Of a stretch of DNA of 63,561 nucleotides, positions 1-13,915 are shown in pieces. The notes beneath the pieces were generated by a model that did not search any database, was not told where the DNA came from, and was given only the letters and a program-made list of their open reading frames with translations. The stretch's first letter is position 1, and each line of letters begins with the position of its first letter. Where the stretch lies: contig NW_019218512.1 of the NCBI RefSeq assembly GCF_002571385.2, positions 1 through 63,561 on the forward strand, read 5' to 3'. The position numbers and the translations under genes were made by a program. Origin of the DNA: Stylophora pistillata (taxonomy: Eukaryota).

Positions 1-238
1 AGGGTAACCCTGTCAAGTGAGAGAATTTTTCCTCACATAATCACTTAATTTCTCACCTGCTGGGAAGACAAGACAGTGCAAATATTGTAACCAGCCAGGC
101 TATGACATGAGGGACTGGTGCAAGGACTCAATAAAAATACTCCATAAAGTTGTCTCGAGGGGAGGGCTGTCTCAGGTACCCAGAGGCATAGGTACATTGT
201 AATCAGTTCTTTCTAAGGTGCTACTGTACAGCACTTTA

Positions 239-632
239 TGCACCTATCAATGTCTTGCCCCAACCGGGGAAGTGCGGGCATGCATGGGCTAATGAAAAAA
301 AAATACGTCCCAAGAGAGGGGATGTGTTTACTTATTTGACATAGGGGTCCCCCAAGGGTTGGGTTTTATTGATAATTGACCGGGATAGACTGGGTCGGAA
401 ACCTTTCAAGATGGTGGACGAGGCGAAAAATGCAGCCGAAAACATGGTTAAAAAAGTAAGAAATTAAACCTTAGCTGTCATTCTTTCACAACTTTTTCAG
501 CTTCGATGGGGCATTATTGACATGTACACACACCACCACGGTGGGGATTATTGACAAGAATTTTTGAAAATTGTCACTAGCCCCTGGGTATTCCCGCACT
601 CCCCCGGTTGGGGCAAGACATGGAGAGGTGAA
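239..632. mobile_element. PIF/Harbinger-type MITE in intron 1 of UGT copy 1
   Basis: Long imperfect terminal inverted repeats (TGCACCTATCAATGTCTTGCCCCAACCGGGG ... CCCCGGTTGGGGCAAGACATGGAGAGGTGAA) flanked by TTA/TTA. Absent from the aligned intron of the paralogue near 6495-6515. Confidence 0.8.
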
Positions 633-1016
633 TTAGGGCCTGCTGATAACCTGACTACGATGTTGATTGTAAGTATTGTTTACGGATTGCAATGGAAAAC
701 TGGGTGAATGGAAAATGATAACAAAAAGAGGATGAGAAACGAGTCAGCACGCTCAATTAGAGTAAGGAATAATTTATACTAAGGATAATTTGCTCTTGTA
801 CGATCGGAATCTCCAAATAAATATCAACTCCTTCATGCGAGACCGCCAAAGCGGAAAGAGTGCGCAGTATACCGCACTACATCTTCCTTTCTAACTTTCT
901 TTCATAGCTATCAGAAGCACACAGAGTTTACATGCCTCTGTAGCTATTTATTAGCTGTCAACGATGGCTAGTTCGCTTCAAACTTCTGCACTTGAGAGGC
1001 TTCTTCATGACCTTAC

Positions 1017-1172
1017 CTCGTGTCCGCGGGCGGACAATTCCTCCATAATTTTCTTTATGGTGAAATAATGGGAGCCCGAATTTGTTCCACTAAATCCTGC
1101 AATTCTGGCAGACAAAGAGGAGTTTACAGTCGTGAGAGCAACAAACAGGACGATCTTTGGTTTCAGCGCCAT
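1017..1172 (-). CDS. UDP-glucuronosyltransferase copy 1, first coding exon; gene continues beyond the left edge of the window
   Basis: MALKPKIVLFVALTTVNSSLSARIAGFSGTNSGSHYFTIKKIMEELSARGHE followed by GTAAG donor. Signal peptide, catalytic-His GSH motif and RGHE motif; paralogous to 7195-7350. Confidence 0.88.
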
Positions 1173-2701
1173 CTTTGAAGATCAGATGACGTCACGCCTG
1201 AGGCGAGAACTCTGTATTCAGTCACGCGAGACCGACTGCGAAGAAAATGGGGTATGGCGGAGAAGAACGCGATGAAAAAAGGATGAAAAGTATGAAGTAA
1301 GCTTTCGCCATGGACTTAATTAACATCAATTATCTAGTCATGTTGCAAATCTACGCACAGGAACTGAGATTTTTCCACAAGATGTCACCAGGTTCAGCGC
1401 AGCTTTTTTTTTTTCTTTTTAAAGAACTGCTAGAACGTTGAAACGTTCCCCTTAAAAGTAAGCTTTCCCGCTATTTCTTATAGGTAAATCAATGTACGTA
1501 GGGATTATATCAGTCGATATTAGAATAAGAACAGGCTTCTATATAAACGCGTTATTGACCAAGAGTGAGATCAAGATGGCTGGATATCGGCCGAGTTCGC
1601 CAAAAAATAAAAAATAAAAACAGGCAAATATCTAGCCATTTTAATCGAACAAGCTTGATCAATAAAGGAGTTATTATATGGCTAGGTTTCCCTTTTTTAA
1701 TAAGACTCAAGAATGACTTGTTTCTTTCGAAAGCCGGGAAAAAATAAACCCAAAGGTGTCGTTTAATTTTTCTTTTTTTTTTTTTGATTGTCTTCCGCTT
1801 TTTGCGACTTCGTCGCCGACAATGTCCAAACGCTACGAGGGTTGTAAGTCCGCTTCTCACACTCTTGCACGGAATCAAAACGGGCAATCCGAAGCGGGCA
1901 AGATGGGCTCGGGAAGCCAATCAGAGCACAGGATTCACTTCATATTGCCCACGGGCGCAGCCAGTTATATAATAAGAATAATTCCTTACTGGGCGAGTTC
2001 ACTGGACTGAAAAGCCCTGACCAGGTTTGGAACCAGGAACTTTTGTTACGAGAATGGGTCAAAACCTTTTTTTTTGACATCATCACATGACATCAGCACA
2101 TCACATGATCTCAGTCGCTCAAGAATGTTCCGTTTTTTGTTATGTTTGGGGAGGCATATTCAGTCGAGTAACGAGGTCCGATGAGCAGATAAAAACCAAT
2201 AAAGACGAAATTTGGTCATTAAAGTTCTGGTCGTTACATATCGAGAAAAAAATAGACCAATTTTCCAAAAAAATTGTATCGAACTATCTACTGTAATCAA
2301 CTATAAGTATATACACTAGTTAACAAAGTTTTAAGTAAAAATGACAGTCTACCAGGAAGCAGGCCCCTATCATTGCATTTCTTGGCTTGCGGGAAGATTT
2401 AAGACACCTTGGGGAAAGATTTGCCAAGGATCTAGACCCCATGGGCAACAAAAGTCGGCCTCCCCGTCTCGCGATATTAAAACCTCATACCGCTGGCAAG
2501 CGAAGAAATGTTCCTTCCAAAGTGCTGAAAACGAGAGCATGCTCGCTACCTACATCAAAATAGCAACGTCTGGAATTCCATTATTGCTACAGTTAACCTT
2601 TTAGATCTGACTAAAATTTACTTGGTGACAACAGAAATACTGAAAAACTAAGTAACAATCGATTCATGACTCGTGATGTCACACGCTCGGGTCGAAAGAG
2701 T

Positions 2702-5700
2702 TTAATCATTCTTCGCTTTCTCGCTGCTTGGACGAAAACACACACGACACATGCATCTACATGTCCATCTGATCACCATGACGACAAATGCAACTATGGC
2801 AACAAGGAAAGCTATGACATCAAGTAAGTAGTACTGGTACCAAGGGATGTTAAACACTTGAGCTCTGAGGTGTTGGGCTCCACTATGTCTGTGTACATAC
2901 TCTATCCAGTCACCAGCTTTCTCCAGGGGAGTCCGTGGACTGTCTTTCATAAGGCGAGAAATGCGCATAGCATTTTTCTTGAAACTGAAGAGAAAGAATG
3001 AAATAATAATATTGCAAAAATTAGGAGTTAACAATCTCACTTCTGATTCTTTCATACAGGAAAAAATGAAAAAAAGAAAAAAAAAAATTAAAACAATGAC
3101 CTATGAGTTTATTGTCTCCCTATGGGATTGTCAGTAGTTGCTGTCAGGTTTGTTAGATTGATCATACATTCTCAAATGCAATATTCCAGGAAGGATGATA
3201 GTTTGCCCAGTGACTTTGAAAGTAATTTAATAATTTTTCTTTGGTAAGGTAAGGGTTCTAAGGCAGGTTTTTTTTTGTCACGTGCAATGTGTAAGTTTTG
3301 AACATTTCTGGGCCCATTTCTCCCTTAGATAACCAATCATGTTGTTGGAATTCTTCTAGCTTGGTCTGTTGCTAAATATTGTACCAGTGACCTGGACAGA
3401 ATTTCTCCTTCCAATATCAATGTAATATCATGCAGACAAGTTATAAACTACCTTGGTTCGGTTATCACATTCTCTATTGTCTTAACAAAGTCCTCAGTAG
3501 TCACAGTTTGGTGATCCACAGTAATACCCAATCCAAAGTGTTCTACCTTCCCGGCATTAAAAAACTGATCAGCAAACAGAGGAACAGCCACCACAGGGAC
3601 CCCATGGTAAACTGACTCGTATAGACTGCTGTGTCCCACGTGAGAAACAAAAGCTTTGATATCTTTGTGAGCCAAGAGATCATTCTGAGGTATCCACTTC
3701 ACTACTTTGATGTTTGCACCAAGGTGAGAAGGAATGTAGCCTGAAGAAGTTCAAAGCTTCATCAACTCAAGAAAATGGGGAGAGTGATTTAATAAAAGCA
3801 ATTAAAATCTCATTTACATTCACTATAACTATTTAGACTTTGAGAGAAAAGGAATGCATCCAGAATAAAGAGAGAGGAAACAATGTTCCTACCTCACGAA
3901 GAATTCAAAGTTTCATAAATTAATAAAAAAAATTGGGAAAACTATTTTATAACGGCAATTAAAATCTTAGTTACATTCACCTGCTATTGTCATTCCTATA
4001 ATTGCTGTTACAATAATTTTAGAGTTGAAGAAAGCAAAAAAAATAATAACATGTATGATAACGATGATGATGGTGATTAATAATAACTGATGATAACAAA
4101 ACATTACCTTTAAGTTTCCATATAACTTTCTGCTTCAACTTTCCAAACGCCACAGCTAAAACATTGATCGTCCTGTGAGAAATAATTGTTTCTGCATAAG
4201 ATCCAAAAGAGGCGATAATGAACCCGTGCCCTCCAGAACTGTCAATAATGTTGGCCAAGTCAGGGGGGAGTGGGTCAGGTTCTGCTTTAGCAGTGATGGG
4301 ACCAACCATAACCTGACCTATATAAGAAAAAAGAAAAAGAAAAGTTAAAAAAAAACAATTTGGTCTGTGAGGTATCTACAAAAAGCCCACCGACTGATTT
4401 GCTTAGAAGGTATTTTGAGAAATGAAAGTGCTTTTTTAATGCACATTAAGAGATAATAAACAAAGAGAAGTTATCCTTATGACCTAAGATAATTATTTTA
4501 AGTCTTTTAAATTTTGTGCTGCATTGAGATGTTATTCTCATTGACAACACGGTCAACAATCTTGATTTCATATGTTGTTGATGGGGAAGGTGGTGCATGG
4601 ATAGCAGTGTGGGGATAGACCAGTATCCCATTTGGGATGGGTAGCAATACTCTTAGTCACCACATGCAACAGAATCCAGGATAAGCAACAGCTGGATGAA
4701 CTTTACACTTTGCATAAATGCAGCCCTTTTCTTTGAATTAATTTGTTGCCATTAGAAACACAAACCTGTCACCCCAGACATTTACTGAGTTGTGCTCCCA
4801 GGTGGCTTGTTGGCTCAGTTGGTAGAGCACTGCACCAGTATTGCACAGGTCATGGTTTCAAATTCCGTGAGGGCCAAAATTTTTTTCAGGCCTTATTTTC
4901 ACTACTGCTTATAAAAGCAGTGTTCATTACTGTGAGGATTGCTTTCATATACAAGGATGCGTTCCCTTCTTTTTCAAAATCGTTGTTATCATCAAAACTA
5001 ATTTCCACATGCTCCCCATTAGATAGCCTTTACTCAGAGAATTAGTTTATGAAATGAGCATTTATGTGGATGTCTTGTCTAGGAAAATTGATTTCTGTCT
5101 TAGAGGACTATTAGTGAACATTTTAAGAGGAATTGAAATATCCCATGGCCCAGGAATTGAAAATTCTTTTGAAATCCAAAATAAAGTTACTGAGCACCTT
5201 TAAATTGCATTAATTGCAAACCTGGCAGAAGTGGCTGTGGATATTCAAGTGCAAAGTCTCCAAGAATAAGCACTAAATCAGCATTCCCAAGAACATTTTC
5301 AAGTTCTTTCTCAGGTGCAATATTGTATTTTTCCTTGAGGCGACAGAAACTTGGAGATTGCAAAATGTGCATAGCAAACCCAAAATTGATGTATGTGACA
5401 GTGTTCATGACACGCTGTATAAATGACATGTCACTTGTAAATGCAGAGAGACGTGAAGGCACATATGAAAACAGACAAGGAACTTTGAAATGTAAACAAG
5501 CTACTGGAGCATTGGGAGAAGGTATTAAAACCACTGCGGGAATTTTTAGGAGATCTGCCACCATCGAAGCACACATGAAAAGTCTTTCAAATACTATCAA
5601 GTCAAACTTCCTCAGATATTGAATCAGTTCTGTATTATTTAGCAAAAGTTCGCAAATGACACTTTGCATCTCTGAAAAATTGATCACAGCCTTCCAAATG

Positions 5701-7350
5701 CCATCTTCCATAACAGTTTTTACAAAATACTCCTCAAAATAAGCTTGGTCATATGGCACATTGAATATCTTGTGAGATATCCTCTGTCCAATAGTTGGTG
5801 GATCATTTTGATTGGCTGGCTTAACCAGCACAACCTATATTGAAAAGAAGGCATGACAGTGATTCACAGTGATTTAAGAGAAATCCGCACCTTGGTGTGC
5901 AGCCTCACCTCACAAGAAAGAAGTGCATAAGGATCTGCTAATAAATCATACTTAATCTATAGCTGATCGACCCCTTTTTACAAAAATGATTTTGCTGCCT
6001 GAATCAAACTCTCCAAGGGCCCATCTTTATGGTTTCCAATATGTGAGACAACCTTTCCCAAGCTAACTTTTCATTTATTTCTTTGAAAATTTCATCAAAC
6101 CAAATGGGAAACTATTCTTAGAGAGGCAAGGCATCTCAGGAGGACATCTTGACTGGGCAAATAGGGCAACTCTGTCAAGCAAGACAACTTTTTTTCATGT
6201 TATCACTTTGTCTTGCCTGCCCAAGGCAAGACAGCTCAAATTTTTCTATAAATATGCAACTTTCCAAGCCATCACAAGAGAGACTGGTGATGGGACCCTA
6301 AATATAAAAATTTCATAAAGGTATCCCAAAACCATTATAAGTCTAGGTGCCAGAAAGATTTCCATATAACCCCATAAATTAATTATGCATTCCATTTCAG
6401 AAAGGATTCTTTGCAGCACTACATGCATAATTAATGTATGGGGTTATATAGAAATCTTGCTCAAGGTGCCTTCTAATCAGTAATACATATCTACTGAAGC
6501 ACAGCAGTGCTTGCTGATAACCAGACTATGAGGTAGACTGTAAGTATTGTATGTGGATTGCAATTGAAAAATGGGTGAATGGAAATTAAATGATAAAAAA
6601 GAGGATGAGAAGCGAGTCAGCACGCTAAACTATGAGTAACTTACTCTAGCACGATCAAAAACCCCTTCATGCAAGACCACGAAAGCAAAAATAATTTGTG
6701 GTACTCCATTATAAGGGCTTAATGGGGACGTGCGGCCAGCCAGGATATGTTTTTCGAGATTTTTGTCTTAAACAGGGTATCGAATTTATCACTTTTTGTC
6801 TTAATCAGGGTATCGATTTATCAATTTATGTCTTAAACAGGATATCTTTTCTTGGAAGATAAACAGCAAAATTTTTACAAGCTCTAATTTAAATTAATAT
6901 TGAATTCCGTTGATTTTGGCATTGATACCAGGCACATTAAATGTCTTAAACAGGGTATCAAAAATCGGAATTCTGTCTTAAACAGGGAAGGAAAATCAGC
7001 GATATTTGTCTTAAACAGGGTCAGGGTATGAGGGGCCGCGCCGCACCTCCCCACCCAGGAATATATCGAGTACCCCCCCGGGAGTATGCCGCACTACATA
7101 TTCCTTTCTGACTTTCTTTTATAGCTATTAGAAGCGTACAGAGTTTACCTGCCTCTGTAGGTATTTACTAGCTTTCAACCTTCCATGGCCTTACCTCGTG
7201 TCCGCGAGCGAACATTTCCTCCATAACTTTCTTTATGGTGAAACAATGGGATCCCGAATTCGTTCCACTAAAACCTGCAATTCTGGCAGACAAAGAAGAG
7301 TTTACTGTCACAAGAGTAACAAGCAGGACGATCATAGCTTTCAGCGCCAT
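2702..7350 (-). CDS. UDP-glucuronosyltransferase (UGT1/2/3-like) copy 2; exons 7350-7195, 5834-5222, 4317-4108, 3740-3452, 2984-2702
   Basis: GT-AG junctions keep frame. Contains the UGT signature WIPQNDLLAH..FVSHVGHSSLYESVYHGVPVVAVPLFADQ, the WYQYYLLDV transmembrane segment and a KAKND (KxKxx) ER-retrieval end. Confidence 0.95.
4795..4950 (+). mobile_element. tRNA-derived SINE-like repeat
   Basis: A box TGGCTCAGTTGGTAGAGC and degenerate B box GGTTTCAAATTCC. The body (TTTTTTCAGG...) recurs near 15155-15315. Confidence 0.6.
6355..6458. repeat. Short hairpin/MITE with ~35-bp inverted arms
   Basis: AAGATTTCCATATAACCCCATAAATTAATTATGCA ... TGCATAATTAATGTATGGGGTTATATAGAAATCTT. Confidence 0.7.
6697..7082. 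mobile_element. Non-autonomous DNA element with internal TGTCTTAAACAGGG repeats
   Basis: Six copies of GTCTTAA(A/T)CAGG; ends GGTACTCC / GAGTACCCCCCCGG. Missing from the aligned paralogous intron (about 850-870). Confidence 0.65.
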
Positions 7351-8408
7351 TTTTGTGGATCAGATGACGTGCACCTGAGGCAAGAGCTCTGCATCTAGTC
7401 ACGCGAGACTGACTGAGAAGTGTATGAGATATGAGGAAAGGAAAAAGAGCAGGGAGGGGGTAGGGCATCTCCATCGTGGCAATGCCTACCGTCCCAGGGG
7501 TTCCAAAATCCCCTATTTTACTGTTTGGGCAAAACTCAATAGGAATGTCCATTATAATCAGAAATTGTATACTATTTCAAACTGAGCCTTTGAGAAAGGA
7601 AAGAGCTCACAATCAGAGGTCAGTACCAGGACATTTTAAGCCAAATTTTTGAAGTCAGTTGCACAGAAGGCCACCATGCTGATGAACCCAAATTTTACAC
7701 CTTCCTTCAAAGCTCGTAAGCTACATCTCTTTACCTTTACCTTAACTTTAAAATGCACCAGGACCTAACGTAACCATTTTTCACCTTGACTCGCAGTCTT
7801 AAGGCATAGAGTAAGGGAGACTGGTACTAAGGGTTGTGGGTAGAGGAAGATGCAGGTTTGGGAAAGTTTCATTGTGACTCACCCATGGCCCAAAGAAAAC
7901 AGAGACAAGAATTTGCTGATTGCAAAAGTTGATGAAAGTGTTTGTTGTAAAAATTACTGAGCAGTGGAAATTACAGTTAATAAAAAAATTGATCCATGTG
8001 TCAGCATGTCTCAAACTCCAAGAGTACTTCATATCTTGATGGAAGCATCACTGATGAGATGATAAGGAGAGTGATCATCATCTAATTTCTCCTTTCATTA
8101 ATACTGTTGAATTTTTCATTAAAATAATGAGAAAAAAGGAAATGATCATCAACCCAAGAAGCTTTGATTTTTTTAGTGAATTCTCCTCATCATCACAAAA
8201 GGGAATTTATAGAGAAGAGTATAGAGAATCACAATACTGATGCGGGGTAAAAAGGGTTAAATTCTATGTGATGTCATTGATGCAGTAGTTTTGATGTTGC
8301 TTCTAGAAAAACTTTCCCTTCTGCACATCTATGGATACATTTAAGTCAATCGCATTTGCAGCTGAAATATGAAGCAAGCTTTTGCCATGTATTTGATTAA
8401 CATTAATG

Positions 8409-9002
8409 TAACCCTTTTACTCCCAAAATCATATTAGAAATTCTCCTTACTGTCTGCCATACAATTTGAATGCTATTAATACAAAGAATTTGGTATTGGA
8501 CGCACTAATGATCCCCTAATTGATATTTTTCTCTATTCCCATCACTTGTTTGCTTGATATTATATTGATATTGTAAGGAGAAATACATTCTTGGTCATTC
8601 TTTAATTTAATTTATTCACTATGGGAATGGCAGGAGAAAGGAACAGAATTTTCGTCCCAATTGACGCCTAACCTCTCCCCCAGTTCCCAGTAAACGGGCC
8701 AAACCATATCACAGTAATCTTGTGAGTGGGTTCTTTAACCTCCCCTGCCTAACCAAATTAACTAATTAATAGATGCAGGAGAAGGGACCTACGATTTATT
8801 GTTCCTTATCCGAGAAGACTAGAATGTCTATCCATTTTTTGATTTTTTAGAGAGGCAGCACATTCTCCTCAGTTATTTTAAAGACCTTGAGTGTTGGTCC
8901 GGCTGGGGCTTGAACCCTCAACCTCCCGCACAACAGTCCAGCGCTCTAACCAATGGAGCTAACCGGGAGGCAGCATTCATATTCATGGGAGTTAAAAGGT
9001 TA
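8409..9002. mobile_element. TTAA-flanked (piggyBac-like) MITE with nested SINE; family has many copies in the window
   Basis: TAACCCTTTTACTCCC ... GGGAGTTAAAAGGTTAA. Related copies at about 8070-8260, 9711-9935, 18795-18968, 20980-21185, 23105-23312, 23347-23560, 28272-28483, 30706-30910, 44150-44255 and 61091-61295. Confidence 0.65.
8610..8972 (-). mobile_element. tRNA-head SINE (family also at ~26150-26430 and ~40580-40855)
   Basis: Minus strand begins GCCTCCCGGTTAGCTCCATTGGTTAGAGCGC...GGTTCAAGCCCC (A/B boxes). The body TCCTTATCCGAGAAGACTAGAAT is shared by three copies. Confidence 0.75.
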
Positions 9003-9350
9003 AATAGTTATGTTACATATCTACACATAGTAACTTGGATTTTTCCAAAAAGAGACTGAACAGGAAGTCACAATGCTATAATCATAAATGTATTTTAATG
9101 CTCCTGATATTTTATCATCTTCTATGAATTTAAGATTGTAAGGTCAAATATTACAAAACCAAGAATTAAGCAAGGCAATTTAAACTGTTGACCATCAAGA
9201 GCATATTAACCACACTACATGTACAGTTTCATTCTCTAATTGTTTAATCAATATATTATCTTATACTTTGACGTTAAAAAAACTAGAAATCATAATTTCT
9301 ACCAGATTATCAATTCAATTTAAAAAGTGTTTGATATGAAGAATGTCCAG

Positions 9351-12300
9351 CTATACTCCATCGTAAGTTGGGAAATCATAAACTTCCATGACATCTTCAA
9401 CTTTGTATGATGGGAAAAGACCATCTTGATGAGTCTTATGATTGACACCCTTAGAATATCCATCCCAGTGATTGCCAGCAATTCCTGCCCTATCCCCCAC
9501 AGCTAGGTCTATCTGTGTAGAATCTTGAGCACGATGGGGATAGACAGCTTTCACATCATGACCCGACTGTCCACCAAAGTAGTAAATGTCATCCAAGGAT
9601 TGGAATTTTTTAGCTGCATCTGGTTGAGATGATTGCATCAGTTCGTAAGCCACACGGCAAACCTAGTAGAAAAAGAAATGGGAAGTTGTCAGCCTTTGTC
9701 TTCTCACTTTTAACCTTTAAGGGTGACTTTCAACTAATTTCTCCTTACGATATCACCAGAATAATTCATTAAGGTCATGAGAATAAAGGAAATGATCACC
9801 AATGAAAGAAGCTCTTGATTGCTTAACATGTTCTTCTTACCAGCACCTTAGGAATTATATAGAGAACTGTATGGAGAATGTGCAACCTGAACTGTATGGA
9901 GAATGTGCAACCTGATGCTGGGGTGTACAGGGTTTACTGGTACAAACTAAATTCAAAGGAGCTACACTTACAGCTAGTTCAAGATTTATTCCAGACTCAC
10001 TAAATTCTCAAGTGCCTCATTTGCGATCAGTTTTACCTTTCTCGACTTTCAATACTCCTAGTTCAGCTGTGATTTTATACGTAGTCATTTGGTATATTGA
10101 GTCAAAGCTTCCTGGCTTAAAATGAAAAATACTCTCTGTTTTGCAAGCAACTACCTTTCTGTCGTGGAAAAAATATTCAAAAACTGTCCCACTTTACCTG
10201 CGAAGAAAAGGTGCAAACCAAAAAATCGCACTCTGATAACATCTGAATATCAAACAGAACTCCATGTAGAGAAGAGTCTGAGTAGCGTGATCCAAGGCCA
10301 GCAGACTTGGAAATTTCCCGATCACTAACAAATTCATAGTTCTTGTACCTGAAAGGCAGGCATCAAATTGAATAAAAAAGTGCTATTCATCTCTATAGCA
10401 ATAAATGTTTGTTTTAATGAAGCACCATTGTCTAGCCATGGAAGTATAAATCATCTGCATGTTTTACTCATTGCTAAGAAAACAAGATTAAAACATTTAA
10501 TCTTTATTTCATATCTTGCTCCAAAGACATTTCCAAGATTCAAGAAACAAAACATATTGTAAAATACATCTAGAAAATCACAACCAAACTTCTCAGAATT
10601 TCCTGGAAAGCCAAAACAGTATTATCTTGAAGGGAAAACTTGTAAAGCTTTAGCTTAATGAAAATGTATCTGGAGACGTTTACAAGTTTACACATTGTCA
10701 CAAGTTGATCATTCCGAGAATATGAGGTGACTCATAAATAAAAAACCTGTGCAGAAATTCTGACTTACTTGTCTTTTGCTTCAGGTAATAAATTAGCATC
10801 ATCTGTAGCAAGATAGACACGTCTTTGTTCCACAGGTTGTACTCTTTCTAGTTTGTTATAGTACAAGTCTACCCAATACATGTATTCTTCTATGGAATGG
10901 AAAGCTGCTTCTGTGTTGATTTTATCAGTTCTTCGAACTTGAACCCTGAAAAAGAAGAGATAAATACAACTCAATTTACCAAGTAGGAGCAGCTAGAAAC
11001 CTTTTAAATTCACGATGGTCCACATAAAAATGTGGTTTAATTAATCTTAAGCATAAAACATCTATTAATCAGTGTGAGATACAAAAACAGAATAATAATT
11101 CAAACAGTGATTTTGCAAATTTGTTTGCATGACAAGTTCGTAAGATTTACAAGTTGTGGCTCAAATTGTTCCTCAGTTTGAAGATTTGCAAATTTTTTTA
11201 TTCATTTTTTGTTTTTGTCTTAGATTATTGCAATAAATTTATAAACAAGGAAAGCTAGTTTGAAAATATTCGATAAAAAACAAAGAGAAATTTAAACCAC
11301 AACATTACGATTACAGAAAAAGCTAGAAAATGACTTGTAAGTTCTAACAGTATCAATACATTATTTAGCAAATAAGTGACAAGATTTAGCAAACATATCA
11401 CCAAACTCTATTAACTAATCAACACAGCTTTCTGTTGTAACCAAAATGGAGAATTACTGATAAAATCTTAAGAGTGTAAGTGCCCAGGCTGTCAGGCTGA
11501 TTTCAATTTTTAATTGGACTGAGAAGAATTAAGAAATGATAAATATATAATGTGATTTAATATTGATTGATCGTTGAATAATTATTTTCAGGAAATAATT
11601 TACACTTCTATTTTACCTAACAGCTTTACAAATACCATCCGGTTAGTTTTTGTCTCTAAGTAAACACAGGTTTTTTTTTTTGTTATTTGAATAAAGAATC
11701 AAAATAAATTTTACCCGACAATGGGTTTCTTGAAGCCAAGCAAAGTTCTTTTTTTGTCGATTTCTTCTTGCACAGCAGGTGAATAGCGAAATAAATATTT
11801 AGCAAACTGTCCGATCCACCACACGAACGGATGGCTGTGAATTCTCTGTACTCTGTTGGCCAAATCTTTAGGTACAGCCAACGGCATGTATGGAGGTCTG
11901 GGGTATAAACTATCGACAATTGGCATTAAAATATTTTGTTCACTTTTCGACGCGGACTCGCTCCATGCCGCTACATTGCCTTTATGGTTTGTACACGTTT
12001 CACTAACAGGTTTAAAAATCCCATTCCAGCCTTTCGGCGAATACCTCCAACCACTAGAGTCGATTATGAGAGTCCTTTGAAGACCGTAACCAACTATAAA
12101 ACAATACATTAGGTGGTGAACTTGGCAACCGTAACCACATCCTTTATTGAGCTGACACACAAGCTTCTTCGTCGAATCGCAATCGGTTGGATTCTGTAAA
12201 TGTTGCAGTCTTCTTTGAACAAGATCACCAAGTTCTTTATGCTCCTTCTCAACCCATTCTCTCTGTCCATTCATGGATTTTAAATTTTCAAAGTTTAAAG

Positions 12301-12838
12301 ACAAAACATGATGCATATCTTCAACAGTCCACATCATCTTTGTCAGCTTCGATTTCACGCTTTCGCTAGCGGACTTCTTAATTCTGCTTACTTCTGCACT
12401 GATAAAATACCACATTTCTTTTAATTCCTTCTCTGCTCTCCGTCTTATCGTTAAAAATTCCAGACTAGACGGCGTAAATTTTACCGATGAAGTGTCAGAA
12501 TCTTGATCACGCTTATCTTTGAGCTCGTGCGGTTCCATAGGAATCACCATCGAGGATTTATGAGCTAATAGTTTGCGTTGAAGATCTGAATTCTTCTGTC
12601 TAAGTTCCGCTACTTCCATTTCGAGTTTATTCTTGTCTGCTTGGAGCTCCGCTAACTTCTTTTTCAGTCCCCCGTTCTGGGTCTGAAGCAACTCAATTTG
12701 TCTTTCCTTTTGCAAAACTGCGGCAGCGCTTCGATTTGCATCCTCAACAACGGACAAAAGTTGATAGCCCATGTAGCCAAGGATAAGCAGCCATAGCGAA
12801 ACAAGAAGAAAGACATACTTCCAAGTTGTTTTTGACAT
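9351..12838 (-). CDS. FUT8: Alpha-(1,6)-fucosyltransferase; exons 12838-11715, 10945-10769, 10348-10198, 9662-9351
   Basis: Type II membrane anchor, coiled coil, [57 protein letters not shown] and a C-terminal SH3 domain ([10 protein letters not shown]...GLFPSYK). Junctions are in frame. Confidence 0.97.
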
Positions 12839-13915
12839 TTAAATAAACCAAGTAATCCCGCGAATCCCCACAAAGAAAACAGGCAAATCAATAGCTCATT
12901 ACAGCTTTGTATGAATACAATACCGGCCTTCAATGAACCACCGTAGTATATTATATCCTCTTTTCGCTACCGCACCGAGGTCAAAATTGTGCAAATGGAA
13001 ATATTAGACACAAAATAAAGAGGAATTATCGAACAAGACATCCGTTACGGAGGATTTACTATCCAACAACCAGAGATCACTTCCTTTTTACAGAGAGAGC
13101 GCACTTCCCATTGCGCTATGAGTTTCACGCGTTTCTTGTTCCTCGTAGATGTCCTGCCAGGCGTTATGTACCCGCGCCGCAGAAGATCGCAAAGAAGTCT
13201 GGGGAAGAAAACGACGATAGTACGATGAGTCCAACTCTTCTCCGATCGCTGCCGACATTATTCCGAGTATTTTAACTAATTGGTGCGTAAAGTTGAACGT
13301 TTTCCTTTCAGCAAAAAAATACTCCTTTGATGGTTGACTCAGCATCGCTTTTTTTTTAGCATCCTGCTGAATACAGCGATGCGCAGTTTCAGGGCATAAC
13401 ATTTCAAACATACTTTCAAATAGGTTATCCAATGTAAGATTGCAGCTTTCCTTTTTTAGCTTAGTTTTATCTTATTTTCGTTTAATTTTTTCGATTTTGC
13501 GTCATTAAATATTTTTGGTTCAAAATGTCTCCCAAAAACCCATCAGCGGGCTCTGGGCTGTCAATTTATGACCGCTTGCTGAATTTGTATCGTGATTGGC
13601 TGTCGTCAACCCAGTAAATTCGGCGTCATATTCTGACACGTGCTCTAATCACGAGGGACAACTGATGGCGAAGGGAGACGAAGCAAGCATGAGCGACGAA
13701 GAGAAAGAAATCGACATCGAAAGCGACGAGGTAAATTTATTTTTCTCTCTGTGATTGCTTAGGAAGTCACGAAAAAAACGATTTTGTTCGAATTTGTTTG
13801 ATTCTGCTCAGGAGGGAACCGAAAATGTCGAAGAAACTCAATTCATGACCCAGGTAAGTTTTGTGTTTTGGTGTCAAATTACGCGTGCAAAATTATCCAC
13901 ATGGAAAACCACGTG
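12839..13915. promoter_or_regulatory. Probable bidirectional FUT8/MAX promoter with E-box cluster
   Basis: 826 bp between divergent start codons. Reverse CCAAT at about 13595; CACGTG at 13637 and 13910; CACGAG at 13650; CGCGTG at 13882; CACATG at 13898. Confidence 0.55.

Noticed and set aside
1552-2604. Several short ORFs between the UGT genes and Lys-rich ORFs near 60600-61090
   Set aside because: Low-complexity A/T runs with no splice or homology support.
8895-8972. tRNA-like sequences (also at 4800, 26360 and 28015)
   Set aside because: Each is attached to a repeated SINE body and lacks a complete cloverleaf; not tRNA genes.
13088-13432. 114-aa ORF between FUT8 and MAX
   Set aside because: Non-ATG start and no recognisable motifs; probably promoter or UTR sequence.
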